Virus record (IMG/VR): IMGVR_UViG_3300021404_000012
Span: 1-61,874 of that record
Source: a virus
Taxonomy: Duplodnaviria; Caudoviricetes
Length of the DNA: 61,874 nt
Reading direction: 5' to 3' (one strand)
The notes beneath the pieces are model-generated. The model saw nothing but the letters and a program-made list of their open reading frames with translations, did not search any database and had not been told where the DNA came from. Below are positions 1 to 9,109 of the stretch, piece by piece; the stretch's first letter is position 1, and each line of letters starts with the position of its first letter. Made by a program: the position numbers and the translations under genes.

Positions 1-126
1 CGCTTGTCTGGGGGATCGTCCCACCACAAGCGGGCGATCTCGTAGTTATCGCGTGCGCCCTCGAAGGGGTTCTCGATCCGGTCGATCACCCCGGCGTGTC
101 CGCGCCAGGGTGAGTGATCTCCGGTA
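1..126. repeat. Terminal direct repeat/assembly overlap, identical to 61744-61869
   Basis: Bases 1-126 match 61744-61869 exactly and are followed by a 2-nt indel; indicates a circular or terminally redundant complete genome. Confidence 0.95.
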
Positions 127-170
127 TAGACCCAACGCTCGCCCTTCTTGACGGGTAACTTAGGCTCCAT
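1..170 (-). CDS. Hypothetical protein (74 aa) spanning the circular junction; continues 61743..61689
   Basis: ATG at 170 with GGAG RBS; MEPKLPVKKGERWVYTG...QWSRE* reads in frame across the overlap and ends in an ATGA overlap with the next gene. Confidence 0.7.
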   Translation of the reverse strand, partial: MEPKLPVKKGERWVYTGDHSPWRGHAGVIDRIENPFEGARDNYEIARLWWDDPPDK

Positions 171-194
171 GTCGTCTCCACTACGGTAGTGGTC

Positions 195-413
195 ACGCTC
201 CACACTTGGGTTCTCGCTCCTGATCGGGCTCGCGCTCACCTAAGGGGTTCTCGCAAGTACGAGGGCTCGCGCATGAGGCTGGGTTCTCGCAGTTTAATGG
301 GCTCGCGCGTGGGGCAGGGTTCTCGCTGATTGTGGGGCTCGCGCATTGACTAGGGTTCTCGCAGTACAAAAGGCTCACGCCGCTCGTTGGGTTCTCGCCA
401 GCACTTTGGGCTT
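195..413 (-). ncRNA. TIGR-like dual-repeat guide array (6 units) downstream of the helicase
   Basis: Alternating GCGCGAGCCC and GCGAGAACCC(C) repeats separated by 8-nt variable spacers, 36-37 nt period. Confidence 0.9.
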
Positions 414-1968
414 AATATTCCAGCACCTGCTGGTGAAACAGCTCCAGCAACATGCCCTGGAAAGTGGCACGTTCACGTAGACGCTTGTACGCTAACCGCT
501 CCACCGGGGTCCCAATCAGGTGGGCAATAATTGTTTTCGACAGTTGTCCGGGTCTTACGATACGAGCGTTGGCTTGCTCGTAGGTTTCATAATTATTGGT
601 TGGGCCGAACCAGACGATGAGGTTGGCGGCGGTTAGGTTTAGCCCATGAGACATACAGCCGGGGTGCGCGACGATCACCCTCGGCTCGGGTTCCTCCTGA
701 AAGGCGCGGAAGGTCTTGTTTCTAAACCCGACCGGCGAGCCGCCGTGGATCACCGCAACGCTGGTCTCCTTTTGGAGGGCCGCAGCGACGCCCTCTAACG
801 CGTGGATGAACGGCACGAAGACGATCACCTTGCGGCTGGTGCTCGCGACCAGCTCGCTCAGCATGTCGATCCGGTTGTCGTTGGATAATTTTATTTTAGT
901 TCCCTTGTCGGAGTAGACATACCCCAAGGAAACTTGAAGTAACTTGCTCTGCAGCACGCCCTCGTTGACGGCGGTCACCACCTCGCCGCGCTGGGTCATC
1001 ATCGATGCCTTATCGAACAGCAGCTTGTACGCCTTGCGCGTCTCGGGTTCGAGCTGCACCTGATGGTCCCGATAGATCGTCGGCGGCAGCTCGATCACGT
1101 CGGTCAGCGCGAACCTGACGCTCGGCTGCATCTGCTCGTACACGATGTCCATCGCCTGCGGGCGGTTCACCCACTTGAAGCCGGTGATCTGGCGCATCGT
1201 CATGTCCTTGAACCGGTTCAGCGACGTGCTGGTCCGGTCGGGGGTGAGCAGCCTGATCTGCCCCCACGCATCGGTCGCGGCCTTGGGCACCGGCGAGCCG
1301 GTCAACCCCCACACAAACTGCGGCGGCTTCGCGCCGCTGCGGATGACGGCGTTCGCCGCCTTCCACAGGTCGGTTGACTTATTGCGGAACGTCGCCTGTT
1401 CGTCGATCACAAAGATGTCGAAACCCTTTTTGATCAGCGCGTCGCGCATCAGCGGCAGGCCGTGGTGGTTGATGATGTAGAAGTCGGCGTCATCCTCCAG
1501 GCGCTCCAGCCGCGTGCGCCGGTCGCCGTGCAGCACTCTTACCCTGGCAAGAGGCAACAGCCGAAACAGCTCGGCCTCCCAAACGGGGGTTAAAGTAGAC
1601 AGGGGGGCGGCGATCAGCACCCGCTTCGCGCCGGCGTGCCGGCGTAGATAGTCCGCCGCCCAGATGACGGCGCGGGTCTTACCGGTGCCAAATTCATTCA
1701 GCACATACGCGCTCGCGCTCTCAGTCAGCAGTGCTGCCGTGATCTTCTGGGTGTGCCAGGGTTTCTGGTTGCACCAGTCGTAGCGCGTGAGGATCGGCGC
1801 GGGGACGGGGATGCCCAGGTTGCGCGCGACCTTCGCCTCGGCGTGTTGATTGGGGACCAGCAACATGCGCTGCCCCTGGTAGTCGAGAGCGCGGGCGTGC
1901 GGCATCACGCTCGCGAGGTCCTGCCTCCAAGGCACGACAATGTGATTAGCGTCGGCGGTAACAAACAT
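412..1968 (-). CDS. SNF2/DEAD-like superfamily 2 helicase
   Basis: NEFGTGKT Walker A, VIDE motif II, LTGSP motif III, HGLNLT and QANARIVRPGQ motifs; probable start ATG 1968. Confidence 0.9.
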   Translation of the reverse strand: MFVTADANHIVVPWRQDLASVMPHARALDYQGQRMLLVPNQHAEAKVARNLGIPVPAPILTRYDWCNQKPWHTQKITAALLTESASAYVLNEFGTGKTRAVIWAADYLRRHAGAKRVLIAAPLSTLTPVWEAELFRLLPLARVRVLHGDRRTRLERLEDDADFYIINHHGLPLMRDALIKKGFDIFVIDEQATFRNKSTDLWKAANAVIRSGAKPPQFVWGLTGSPVPKAATDAWGQIRLLTPDRTSTSLNRFKDMTMRQITGFKWVNRPQAMDIVYEQMQPSVRFALTDVIELPPTIYRDHQVQLEPETRKAYKLLFDKASMMTQRGEVVTAVNEGVLQSKLLQVSLGYVYSDKGTKIKLSNDNRIDMLSELVASTSRKVIVFVPFIHALEGVAAALQKETSVAVIHGGSPVGFRNKTFRAFQEEPEPRVIVAHPGCMSHGLNLTAANLIVWFGPTNNYETYEQANARIVRPGQLSKTIIAHLIGTPVERLAYKRLRERATFQGMLLELFHQQVLEY

Positions 1969-1970
1969 TC

Positions 1971-2279
1971 CTACACACTCCTGTTGCCCACTACCGTAGT
2001 GATCCATTGTTCCAGTTCCACTATCCGGTCGTAGCTGTTGATGACGAAGACGCGTGCGCCGCTCTGTTCAATCTCGCTTATTGTCATTTCCTGCATCGGG
2101 GTTGGCTTGCCACCAATCCGTTTCGCTTCGATCGCAAAGCCAAGTCCACAGCAGAAACCTATATAATCCAATGTCCTGCGTCCGTACCCTCCCGGCACCG
2201 GCATATAGGCGTACACATGCGGGCGGTAACGATCCAGCACCGCCTTGATCCCGCGCTTGATCTTCGTCTCTGGGGTCAT
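1971..2279 (-). CDS. VRR-NUC domain nuclease (putative Holliday junction resolvase)
   Basis: TPETKIK...LDYI...AIEAK..GGKPTPMQ PD-(D/E)XK VRR-NUC pattern. Confidence 0.85.
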   Translation of the reverse strand: MTPETKIKRGIKAVLDRYRPHVYAYMPVPGGYGRRTLDYIGFCCGLGFAIEAKRIGGKPTPMQEMTISEIEQSGARVFVINSYDRIVELEQWITTVVGNRSV

Positions 2280-2599
2280 GCCACCAGACACAAATAGGCA
2301 AGGAACGCCTCCGGTATCAGGACGGCGGCATTTCTGCCGTCAGATAACTGCGTCGGTTGCAGGCGGGTCTCGAACTCCCGCCCGTCCTCGGTAACAAACA
2401 CGGCGATGGCGGCAATGAAGTAGGGGTCCATGCGCAGCCGCACGCTCAGACGTTCGCGTAGTCCCTCGGGGAGCTGCTCGTAGAGCGCCGCGAACACGGG
2501 ATGGCAGCGCACCGCATCCATACCGGCAAGCGGAACCCACCGCTTCGTCATTGGCGGCGGCGTCATAATTCCGCGAAAGGTGTTTCCTGGGAGGACCAT
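2276..2599 (-). CDS. Hypothetical protein
   Basis: Translationally coupled at both ends (TAATG, ATGA) within the replication operon. Confidence 0.6.
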   Translation of the reverse strand: MVLPGNTFRGIMTPPPMTKRWVPLAGMDAVRCHPVFAALYEQLPEGLRERLSVRLRMDPYFIAAIAVFVTEDGREFETRLQPTQLSDGRNAAVLIPEAFLAYLCLVA

Positions 2600-3276
2600 T
2601 ACCCTCTCCCGTGATACGGACAGCTCGTGACGTGGCACCACCGCTTGCACAGCCCGTTGGGTTTAGCCGGAAACTCCTGCGTCTTAACCGCCATGCGCAG
2701 CTTGGCGACCCTTGGTAAAACCTCGGACCAGATTTCCGGCAAGCTCTCCTGGGTATACTCCGCGCGCTCGACGTGGTTGTGATTGACGAACATCAGCACG
2801 GCGCGCACCCGTTCGACCTTTGGCATGTAGTGCATGATCGTCGCCGACATCAGGCTCATCTGCGTGTCGTCGCTCGTCACCTTGCCGGTCTTGTAGTCGA
2901 TGACGGAGGCGCGGTTCTTGTTGATGTTGCAGAAGTCGAGCACCGTCCTGAACCACGTCCGCTTGTCGGTCCACCCGCACGGCTGGTAGTCCTCGGTCAG
3001 CGCCAGCTTCTGCTCGGCGTAAATCTCACCGGGCATCGTCATCAGCTTGGCGAGCAGCGTCTCATGCTGCACCAGGGGCAGGGGCAGGGGCGTACCCTTT
3101 CTCACCCGCAACTCGAACGCCTTATGTGTGTCGCTGCCCTCGAACTGCGCCGCGTTGCCGTCGCCCACGTCCTTGGCGATGTCGTAGTGCCAGTGCCGCT
3201 TCGGACATGTTTCAAAATTTTTGAGCCGGGAGTAGCTCCAAGAGAAGCCACTACGGGTAGTGACAACCATGTTCAT
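2599..3276 (-). CDS. Cas4/RecB-like PD-(D/E)XK exonuclease with Fe-S cysteines
   Basis: WSYSRL...CPKR N-terminus, LD...VIDYKTGK nuclease motif, C-terminal CKRWCHVTSCPY. Confidence 0.85.
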   Translation of the reverse strand: MNMVVTTRSGFSWSYSRLKNFETCPKRHWHYDIAKDVGDGNAAQFEGSDTHKAFELRVRKGTPLPLPLVQHETLLAKLMTMPGEIYAEQKLALTEDYQPCGWTDKRTWFRTVLDFCNINKNRASVIDYKTGKVTSDDTQMSLMSATIMHYMPKVERVRAVLMFVNHNHVERAEYTQESLPEIWSEVLPRVAKLRMAVKTQEFPAKPNGLCKRWCHVTSCPYHGRG

Positions 3277-3362
3277 AGCACTGCCCTCACTGCACAAAAG
3301 ATCAGCACCCACAAGACGAGGTTGACGGCGGTTATCAATAACCCAATGTGCCCGCAGGTCAT
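3273..3362 (-). CDS. Small hydrophobic peptide (29 aa)
   Basis: MTCGHIGLLITAVNLVLWVLIFCAVRAVL; ATGA-coupled to both neighbours. Confidence 0.45.
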   Translation of the reverse strand: MTCGHIGLLITAVNLVLWVLIFCAVRAVL

Positions 3363-3622
3363 CGGCGGGGTCCTCCTTGATGGGCGTTCGAGATCGCCCG
3401 GTTGTTCACGCCGAAATGAACCGCCGCGTCCATGTTGTTGTTGGCTGGATGCGTTCTGAAATACTGGACCACCTCGGCCTGCGTGACCTTGCGCTCGCGA
3501 CGCGGCGGCGCCTTGCGGATCGGCGGGCGCCGGTGCAGCTCAGCCGCTAGTTCCAGCAGCCGGGGGATGCCCAGGTTCTGACCGTGCATCAGCAGCTCGA
3601 CGCGTATCTCGGGTATCCTCAT
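3359..3622 (-). CDS. Hypothetical protein with possible C-terminal HTH
   Basis: ORF in operon; NNMDAAVHFGVNNRAISN is HTH-like. Confidence 0.6.
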   Translation of the reverse strand: MRIPEIRVELLMHGQNLGIPRLLELAAELHRRPPIRKAPPRRERKVTQAEVVQYFRTHPANNNMDAAVHFGVNNRAISNAHQGGPRR

Positions 3623-4353
3623 TTGAGTTCGCCCTCGATTTCGATAATCAAAGTATTAATGTGGTCACACCATAGACCAAGGATATCTAATAGTTCGCGG
3701 CGCACTTCTATTTCTGATCCGTCTTTTGTATCGTCATAAGAAGTTACGTACTGGCGAACGGCGCGACGCATATCGTCTATGCCAAATCTTATAGTGACCG
3801 GCGGCTCCATCCACCACACAGTCATGTCGTCATCATCGTACTTAAAATCAGTGTAGCTAAAACCGTTACGGCTAACACTGCGGTCGCCGTCAACCCAAAC
3901 GCTACAACCCCAGTCGAACTCTAACTTATAGGCGCCGATGATCTCCTGAAAATACTTAGATATTTCTTCACATTGTTCGTAGGTAAACCCTTTGTCTTCG
4001 AGTGTTCCGACATATAGCTCATCCATCGAGCTGATATCGTTCGCCGCCGCCATGCGGGCGGGGACCAACGCGTCGCTCTCCAGCGTGGGGTTATAGTCGA
4101 GCGGCTCAGGCTCCGGTTCCGGTTGCCGCCACGGGTTATCGTCCCGCGATCTCGCCATCCAACCGGGCGGCGGTGCTTCGGCCTTGTAGTTGCGCGCCTC
4201 GATGTCATCGGCCATGCGCCGCAACTGCTGTGCGCCTATCTCGTAATGGTCAGCGGCGGCACGATAGATCGTCGCCTGCCGGCGCAGCACGCTGGCGTGG
4301 TCGTCGAGTTGATCGCCGCTCATCTCATCCATGAGCTGTTGCACCGTCTTCAT
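3619..4353 (-). CDS. Hypothetical protein
   Basis: 244-aa ORF with ATGA coupling; C-terminal half is lower GC. Confidence 0.6.
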   Translation of the reverse strand: MKTVQQLMDEMSGDQLDDHASVLRRQATIYRAAADHYEIGAQQLRRMADDIEARNYKAEAPPPGWMARSRDDNPWRQPEPEPEPLDYNPTLESDALVPARMAAANDISSMDELYVGTLEDKGFTYEQCEEISKYFQEIIGAYKLEFDWGCSVWVDGDRSVSRNGFSYTDFKYDDDDMTVWWMEPPVTIRFGIDDMRRAVRQYVTSYDDTKDGSEIEVRRELLDILGLWCDHINTLIIEIEGELK

Positions 4354-4592
4354 TGGTTCACCCTCCGCTCGGCATCGTCTGCCTCCACGTCAGAAATGTA
4401 GATGGCGACAATTTCGGTAAGTCCGCGTGGTGATATGCCTAACTTCCACGAGTGTAGGTGGTAGCCCTCCTTCGCGAAGGCGTTCAGGTCAGCCTCGAAA
4501 TCAACGGTGCAATTGCCCATAATTTCTTCGGTGTAACGGCGAACAACCAGCATAACTCCCCTCCCTTCACGCATTAACTCGTCGCTCCGCAT
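4350..4592 (-). CDS. Hypothetical protein
   Basis: ORF in operon orientation. Confidence 0.5.
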   Translation of the reverse strand: MRSDELMREGRGVMLVVRRYTEEIMGNCTVDFEADLNAFAKEGYHLHSWKLGISPRGLTEIVAIYISDVEADDAERRVNQ

Positions 4593-6474
4593 CGAGCAAC
4601 GTCACACCCCAGCCGCCTTCGCTGGCGAGCGGCAGGTCGGGCGCCCAGGTAGGCGGGGTGCGGAACTGCCAGTCCAGCTCGGCGTCGATGTCCTCCGCTT
4701 CACTAACAGGGACACAATAGTCCAGGCTGTCGTGGGTACTGAGGAAGGGTCGATGCCCGGTGAGCTGGTACACCCGCACCATGATGTCGGTGACGATGAT
4801 GCGCGACAGCGCCTGTGACACATTCTCCGTCACCTTCGCGCCGTACACCCGCTGCGCCCCGCCGTAGGGGTCGTTGTAACAGGGCTCCAAGTCACCCGCC
4901 GGGTTCTCAAAATAACGCATCTCCGGGTAGGCGATCTTGAGCCCGTTCGGCAGTACGATGCTGTCGAAGTCGGCCTTGATCGGCAACCGGTCGAGCACCG
5001 CGTAAGCGGACGAGCGGGCGCGTACACCACGCAACGAACGCTGCCCGATGATCTCGCCGATCAGGTAGCCCAACGCGTTCCACAGGTCGGGGATTTCGAC
5101 AAAGGTAGTGCGGTAGTGGTTGACGATCCGCTTGGCCTCGTCGTCGCTCGCCCGATAGCTGATACCACCGTTGCCGATAAACAGCATGTGGCGGAACCGA
5201 TACGCGCCGCAGCCGTAACCAAGCCCCAGGATCGCCGTCTTCCCGACAAACCTTTCCTTGATGTGCTGGTGCCGGTCCACCACGTAGCCATAAACAAGCG
5301 AAGCAAACTCCGAATACACGTCGCGCCCTTGATTAAAGGCGATGAGTAAAGGTAAACAATATGCCATCCACGCCGTCATGCGCGCCTCGATCTGGCTCGC
5401 GTCGCGATGCACGATGCGCCATCCCGGCGGAGCCAGAATGGCCTCGCGGATGCGTGAGCCCCGCTTGAAGTTCTGCCAGTTCGTCCCGTCATCCCCCGAC
5501 AGGCGGTGCGTCCTCGCGCCTGAATACTTCAGGGGCACCGGCGCCCAGCCCATGCCCTGCATCGGCCAGGAGGTGTTGGCTAATCTCAGCAACGCCCTGG
5601 TTCGGGTTTCCTCGATCGTCGATTTGACGGCGAGCCGCGCTGCCAGCAAGGCTTGCACATAGATAGGCTGGCTCTCGTCGGCGCAGAGTTCCTTAAAGGC
5701 CCAGTCATTTTTTGCAATTGCTGGAATTTCCTCACCGGTCGCCGGCGATATCTTCATCGGCACATCGACGCCGGCATCTTCCAGCAGCGCAGCGAATTTT
5801 TTATTGGACGAGAATACAGCTTTATCAAGCTGTTCCACCTCGGCCATAACCGCCGCCTTCTCGGTCTGCACCTCGTCGAGATGCTCGGCCAGGAGCTGAT
5901 CGTCGAGCTGGACTTGGGGTAATATCCCCATGCGGAGTACGAGGTCGATGATCTGCAGCTCGTGCGCGGTGAAGCACGGGCGCAGCCGCTGGAAAATGTC
6001 GTGGCAATTCTCGTTATCGCGTTCGCAGTACGAGCGGTACGCGCTCAGCTCGGCGGGGGTGAAATCGGCGAGCCGTTTTCCTATGGCCCGCGTGACTTCA
6101 TCGCCCTTGGGCGGCAGCCCGATGTAGTCGGAAACCGCTCGGAGAGAACTCTTGCCGATCCGCCAGTGCGTCGTCGCCCGCGCCATCGACAATGTGTCGA
6201 GATAGAGTTTCGGCACGTAGCCGAAGCGCCACGCGAGGATCGCGCCGTCGAACCGGGTGTGGTGCGAGACCCATGCGACACGCGCCCAGTCGAGTTGACT
6301 GAGCGCGTGCGCGATGGCGTCGTACCCGACATGGGTCACAGTCGGCTGGTTGCCGACCTTAAGGGCCAGCATTATCGCCTCGAACCTAGGGTCGAGGATA
6401 TACTCAGCCTCGGACATTTTTGAGAGGCTGTAGTCCCGATCGTAGTAAGTTTCCCAATCCCCGGTGATGATCAT
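4567..6474 (-). CDS. polA: Family A DNA polymerase with 3'-5' exonuclease domain
   Basis: GDWET ExoI, HHTRFD ExoII, YCERD ExoIII; motif A DASQIEAR, motif B RFVGKTAILGLGYG, motif C THDS. Confidence 0.92.
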   Translation of the reverse strand: MIITGDWETYYDRDYSLSKMSEAEYILDPRFEAIMLALKVGNQPTVTHVGYDAIAHALSQLDWARVAWVSHHTRFDGAILAWRFGYVPKLYLDTLSMARATTHWRIGKSSLRAVSDYIGLPPKGDEVTRAIGKRLADFTPAELSAYRSYCERDNENCHDIFQRLRPCFTAHELQIIDLVLRMGILPQVQLDDQLLAEHLDEVQTEKAAVMAEVEQLDKAVFSSNKKFAALLEDAGVDVPMKISPATGEEIPAIAKNDWAFKELCADESQPIYVQALLAARLAVKSTIEETRTRALLRLANTSWPMQGMGWAPVPLKYSGARTHRLSGDDGTNWQNFKRGSRIREAILAPPGWRIVHRDASQIEARMTAWMAYCLPLLIAFNQGRDVYSEFASLVYGYVVDRHQHIKERFVGKTAILGLGYGCGAYRFRHMLFIGNGGISYRASDDEAKRIVNHYRTTFVEIPDLWNALGYLIGEIIGQRSLRGVRARSSAYAVLDRLPIKADFDSIVLPNGLKIAYPEMRYFENPAGDLEPCYNDPYGGAQRVYGAKVTENVSQALSRIIVTDIMVRVYQLTGHRPFLSTHDSLDYCVPVSEAEDIDAELDWQFRTPPTWAPDLPLASEGGWGVTLLDAERRVNA

Positions 6475-6479
6475 TAGAC

Positions 6480-6516
6480 GCGCCCTCGATTGGGGTTCTC
6501 GCATTGGAAAGGGCTC
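6480..6516 (-). ncRNA. Single TIGR-like guide unit
   Basis: GAGCCC-tttccaat-GCGAGAACCCC-aatcgagg-GCGC in the intergenic gap before polA. Confidence 0.85.
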
Positions 6517-6522
6517 ATCACA

Positions 6523-7242
6523 TTATGATCCTTCTACTTTCGGGGTCAACTTCCAATCTTCAATCGTGCACTGGACCGGTGCCTTATCGACGACGATGCC
6601 GTGCATCTGCGCCCCGGTGAACAGCGCAGAGATCACTTCCATCTTTTCCTCGTTATCGACAAACCAGTCATACGCGCCGCCGCTGCTCGGCCAGTCGAAC
6701 GCGTTGGTATTCCGGGGCAGGTGGCGCACCCGCTCGGCCCACGGGTTGCCCATCTCCTGCGCGACCACCGTCATCCCCGGCCAGCGCTTGATCAGCGAGG
6801 CGAGGGTGCCGCCATGACAGCGGGATAAAAATTCATCGATGATCCTCTTGGCGACGCGCATCTGGCGCGCATACTCAAGCGCCGGGTCGAGCCACGCGTG
6901 GAACGCCTCCCGCTTATCGGCGGTCAGCGCGGCGAGGTTGAACCGCCGGGTCCCGCCGGCGAAGTAAGGATACTTCAAATCCCTCGACACGATCTTCAGC
7001 GTGACCATCGCCTCGGGGGTGACCACTTGCACGTCCAAGGAGTTGGCCTCGTGATGGTACACCTTTGCCTCCTTGACCATGCGCCACGCCTCCTGCAGCT
7101 CACGCGGCCACACGCAGTCGAACGCCTCCTGCGCCGTCAGCGGAAAGTCGAGCAGCCGCAGCGCGAGCGTGCTGTCGATCAGGTCGTTGGCTTTTCTCTT
7201 GAACTGCCGCAGGGGTTCAGGATTGGTCTTATAGTTTGGCAT
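6523..7242 (-). CDS. Hypothetical protein
   Basis: ORF with GGAGTGTGA RBS. Confidence 0.7.
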   Translation of the reverse strand: MPNYKTNPEPLRQFKRKANDLIDSTLALRLLDFPLTAQEAFDCVWPRELQEAWRMVKEAKVYHHEANSLDVQVVTPEAMVTLKIVSRDLKYPYFAGGTRRFNLAALTADKREAFHAWLDPALEYARQMRVAKRIIDEFLSRCHGGTLASLIKRWPGMTVVAQEMGNPWAERVRHLPRNTNAFDWPSSGGAYDWFVDNEEKMEVISALFTGAQMHGIVVDKAPVQCTIEDWKLTPKVEGS

Positions 7243-7519
7243 CTTCACACTCCGTCTGTTCGCCCCGGTGAACCGTCAGTGGCACCGACATGCGATGATG
7301 TTCAAAGGAAACTTGGTAGTAGCCGGTCATGCCGTCTGTCGTCATCCCGACCACTTCAACACTGGTCTCGCCTCCCCAGTTTATTTTTGATAACTCGATC
7401 GCGAACGCCTCCGCTGCCTCCTTCATCCACTGCTTCACCACTACGGTAGTGGTTTGGTCGTTGGTGAAGCGCCAGTACGGCGCTTCACTTGGGTCGTAGA
7501 TGCCGGGGTCCAGGGTCAT
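7229..7519 (-). CDS. Hypothetical protein
   Basis: ORF in operon, ATGA coupling. Confidence 0.55.
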   Translation of the reverse strand: MTLDPGIYDPSEAPYWRFTNDQTTTVVVKQWMKEAAEAFAIELSKINWGGETSVEVVGMTTDGMTGYYQVSFEHHRMSVPLTVHRGEQTECEDAKL

Positions 7520-7707
7520 GCGTCACCTACTTCGTCGACGCTCACCACATCAGGCGGGCCGTTAGTCATAAGAAACCGCCACCCCGTAAAGTCGATTTGC
7601 GCAGCTTTTTCCAGCGCTATGCGCTCAGCATCATCGCTGTTCTCAGCCTCGACGTAGATCGTGGCTTCCTCGCTGAGGAGCTGCGTCAGCCCTACCTTGA
7701 ACTTCAT
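7516..7707 (-). CDS. Hypothetical protein
   Basis: MKFKVGLT... coupled to the vWA gene stop. Confidence 0.6.
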   Translation of the reverse strand: MKFKVGLTQLLSEEATIYVEAENSDDAERIALEKAAQIDFTGWRFLMTNGPPDVVSVDEVGDA

Positions 7708-9098
7708 ACCGTGATCCTCACGGTGTCGCCCCACGGACCCTTGATCTCCGTGGTCGCGCACCAGATGACTGGGTACTTGGGCTCTTGCGGCCAGCTACTG
7801 GGCATCATGTCCGTGAGGTACACGAGGGTATCAGGAATAATATTTCTTTCAGACAACCACTCGAACGCCGGCTGGAACTCCGTGCCGCCGCCACCGGGCG
7901 AACCCTCCTGGCGGATATGCGACAGCTCGTCGAGGCTGCGCGCCTCGTCCACCCGCTGCACCTTGGCGTCGCACCACATGAGCATGACCCTTTTGGGCTT
8001 ACAATCATTCAGCACGCCGCCCACCTCGGCAAAGCACGCGGCGAGTTCCTTCTCACTAACCGAGCCGGAATTGTCCACGACGCACACCACCAGCTCGGCG
8101 CCGTAGCCGCGCCGCCCCGGCATATAGACCATCGGGTTTAAAACTATCCTCCTTCTGTTCGGGTGGTCCCAGGTTTCCCGCCGGTTGCCGACTTTACCGG
8201 TTAGAACTATTCTAATGTGTTCACGCCAGTTAACTTGCGGCTGGAGGATTTCGTCGATCATCCGCTTGATGTTCGCCGGCAGCTTGCCCGCCCGCTTCGC
8301 CGCCTGCTCGGCACGGGCGATGGCCTCCCGAAACTCGACCTCGTGCGGCACGTCGTCTACCCCCTGCCCATCGCGCTCGGGCGGCAGCACCTCGTCAAAG
8401 CGCCCGTTGTTCGCCTGGGCCTGCTTGTCGCGGTCGCCGCCCTTCTTGCCGGTCGCCTCGCCGTAGGTGTTCGGCCTAGGCAATTGCTGTTGCTGACCAT
8501 GTTGCTGACCACTGGCACTACCGGTAGTCGGCTGGCCTTCCTCATCGCTTTCCTCGTCACCCTGTCCACCTTGCGGCGGGCAATTCGGCTGCGGGATCGT
8601 CGGCACCGGCGGGGGAGGCGGCGGTGGGGGAAGTTTCTTGTAGAGCTTGACGTAGACATCCTCGGCCAGCTCGCTGGCCTTGATGTCGGGGTCGTACAGC
8701 CACGCGGGATTGCACGTCCCGATCTTGCTGGCCACGAGGTCGGCGTTGATCACGTAGTCCGCCGCCGTGTTGAACAGGTCCTGCATGAAAGGCAGCCCCT
8801 TCAGCTCGCCGGCCTGAAGGTAGTAGCGCATCCGTATCGGGTGCTTGTAGATGACGTGATACACCTCGTGCGCCAGGGCAAAGCACCGCTCCGTGGGCTT
8901 GAGCGTGGCGAAGTAGGCCGGGTTCACGAAGATGCGCTTGGCGTCCGTCGCGAGCGTCTTGATGGCGCGTGTCGGCCACATCTCCATCTTGTCGTAAAAG
9001 TAATACGAGAAGAACGGAGCGTAGATCACAAAGGAAGCCATGGCTTCCTCCATGATCCGCTGATCGGTGCTGTTGAGGGTTACTTTCGGCGGTAACAT
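7704..9098 (-). CDS. Metallopeptidase plus vWA domain protein (DUF2201-like)
   Basis: HEVYH zincin motif, Pro/Gln/acidic linker, VVDNSGSV MIDAS motif, GGGTEF, YLTD. Confidence 0.88.
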   Translation of the reverse strand: MLPPKVTLNSTDQRIMEEAMASFVIYAPFFSYYFYDKMEMWPTRAIKTLATDAKRIFVNPAYFATLKPTERCFALAHEVYHVIYKHPIRMRYYLQAGELKGLPFMQDLFNTAADYVINADLVASKIGTCNPAWLYDPDIKASELAEDVYVKLYKKLPPPPPPPPVPTIPQPNCPPQGGQGDEESDEEGQPTTGSASGQQHGQQQQLPRPNTYGEATGKKGGDRDKQAQANNGRFDEVLPPERDGQGVDDVPHEVEFREAIARAEQAAKRAGKLPANIKRMIDEILQPQVNWREHIRIVLTGKVGNRRETWDHPNRRRIVLNPMVYMPGRRGYGAELVVCVVDNSGSVSEKELAACFAEVGGVLNDCKPKRVMLMWCDAKVQRVDEARSLDELSHIRQEGSPGGGGTEFQPAFEWLSERNIIPDTLVYLTDMMPSSWPQEPKYPVIWCATTEIKGPWGDTVRITV

Positions 9099-9109
9099 TT
9101 CACACTCCA

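Noticed and set aside
51-76. Repeat-like GCGC-cctcgaa-GGGGTTCTCG
   Set aside because: It lies inside the junction-spanning ORF (RIENPF) and lacks the second repeat at the correct spacing
193-378. ORFs over the arrays (193-378, 13297-13554, 13607-14191, 19921-20271, 19984-20217)
   Set aside because: Their repetitive ENP/ASP peptides are translation artefacts of the guide arrays
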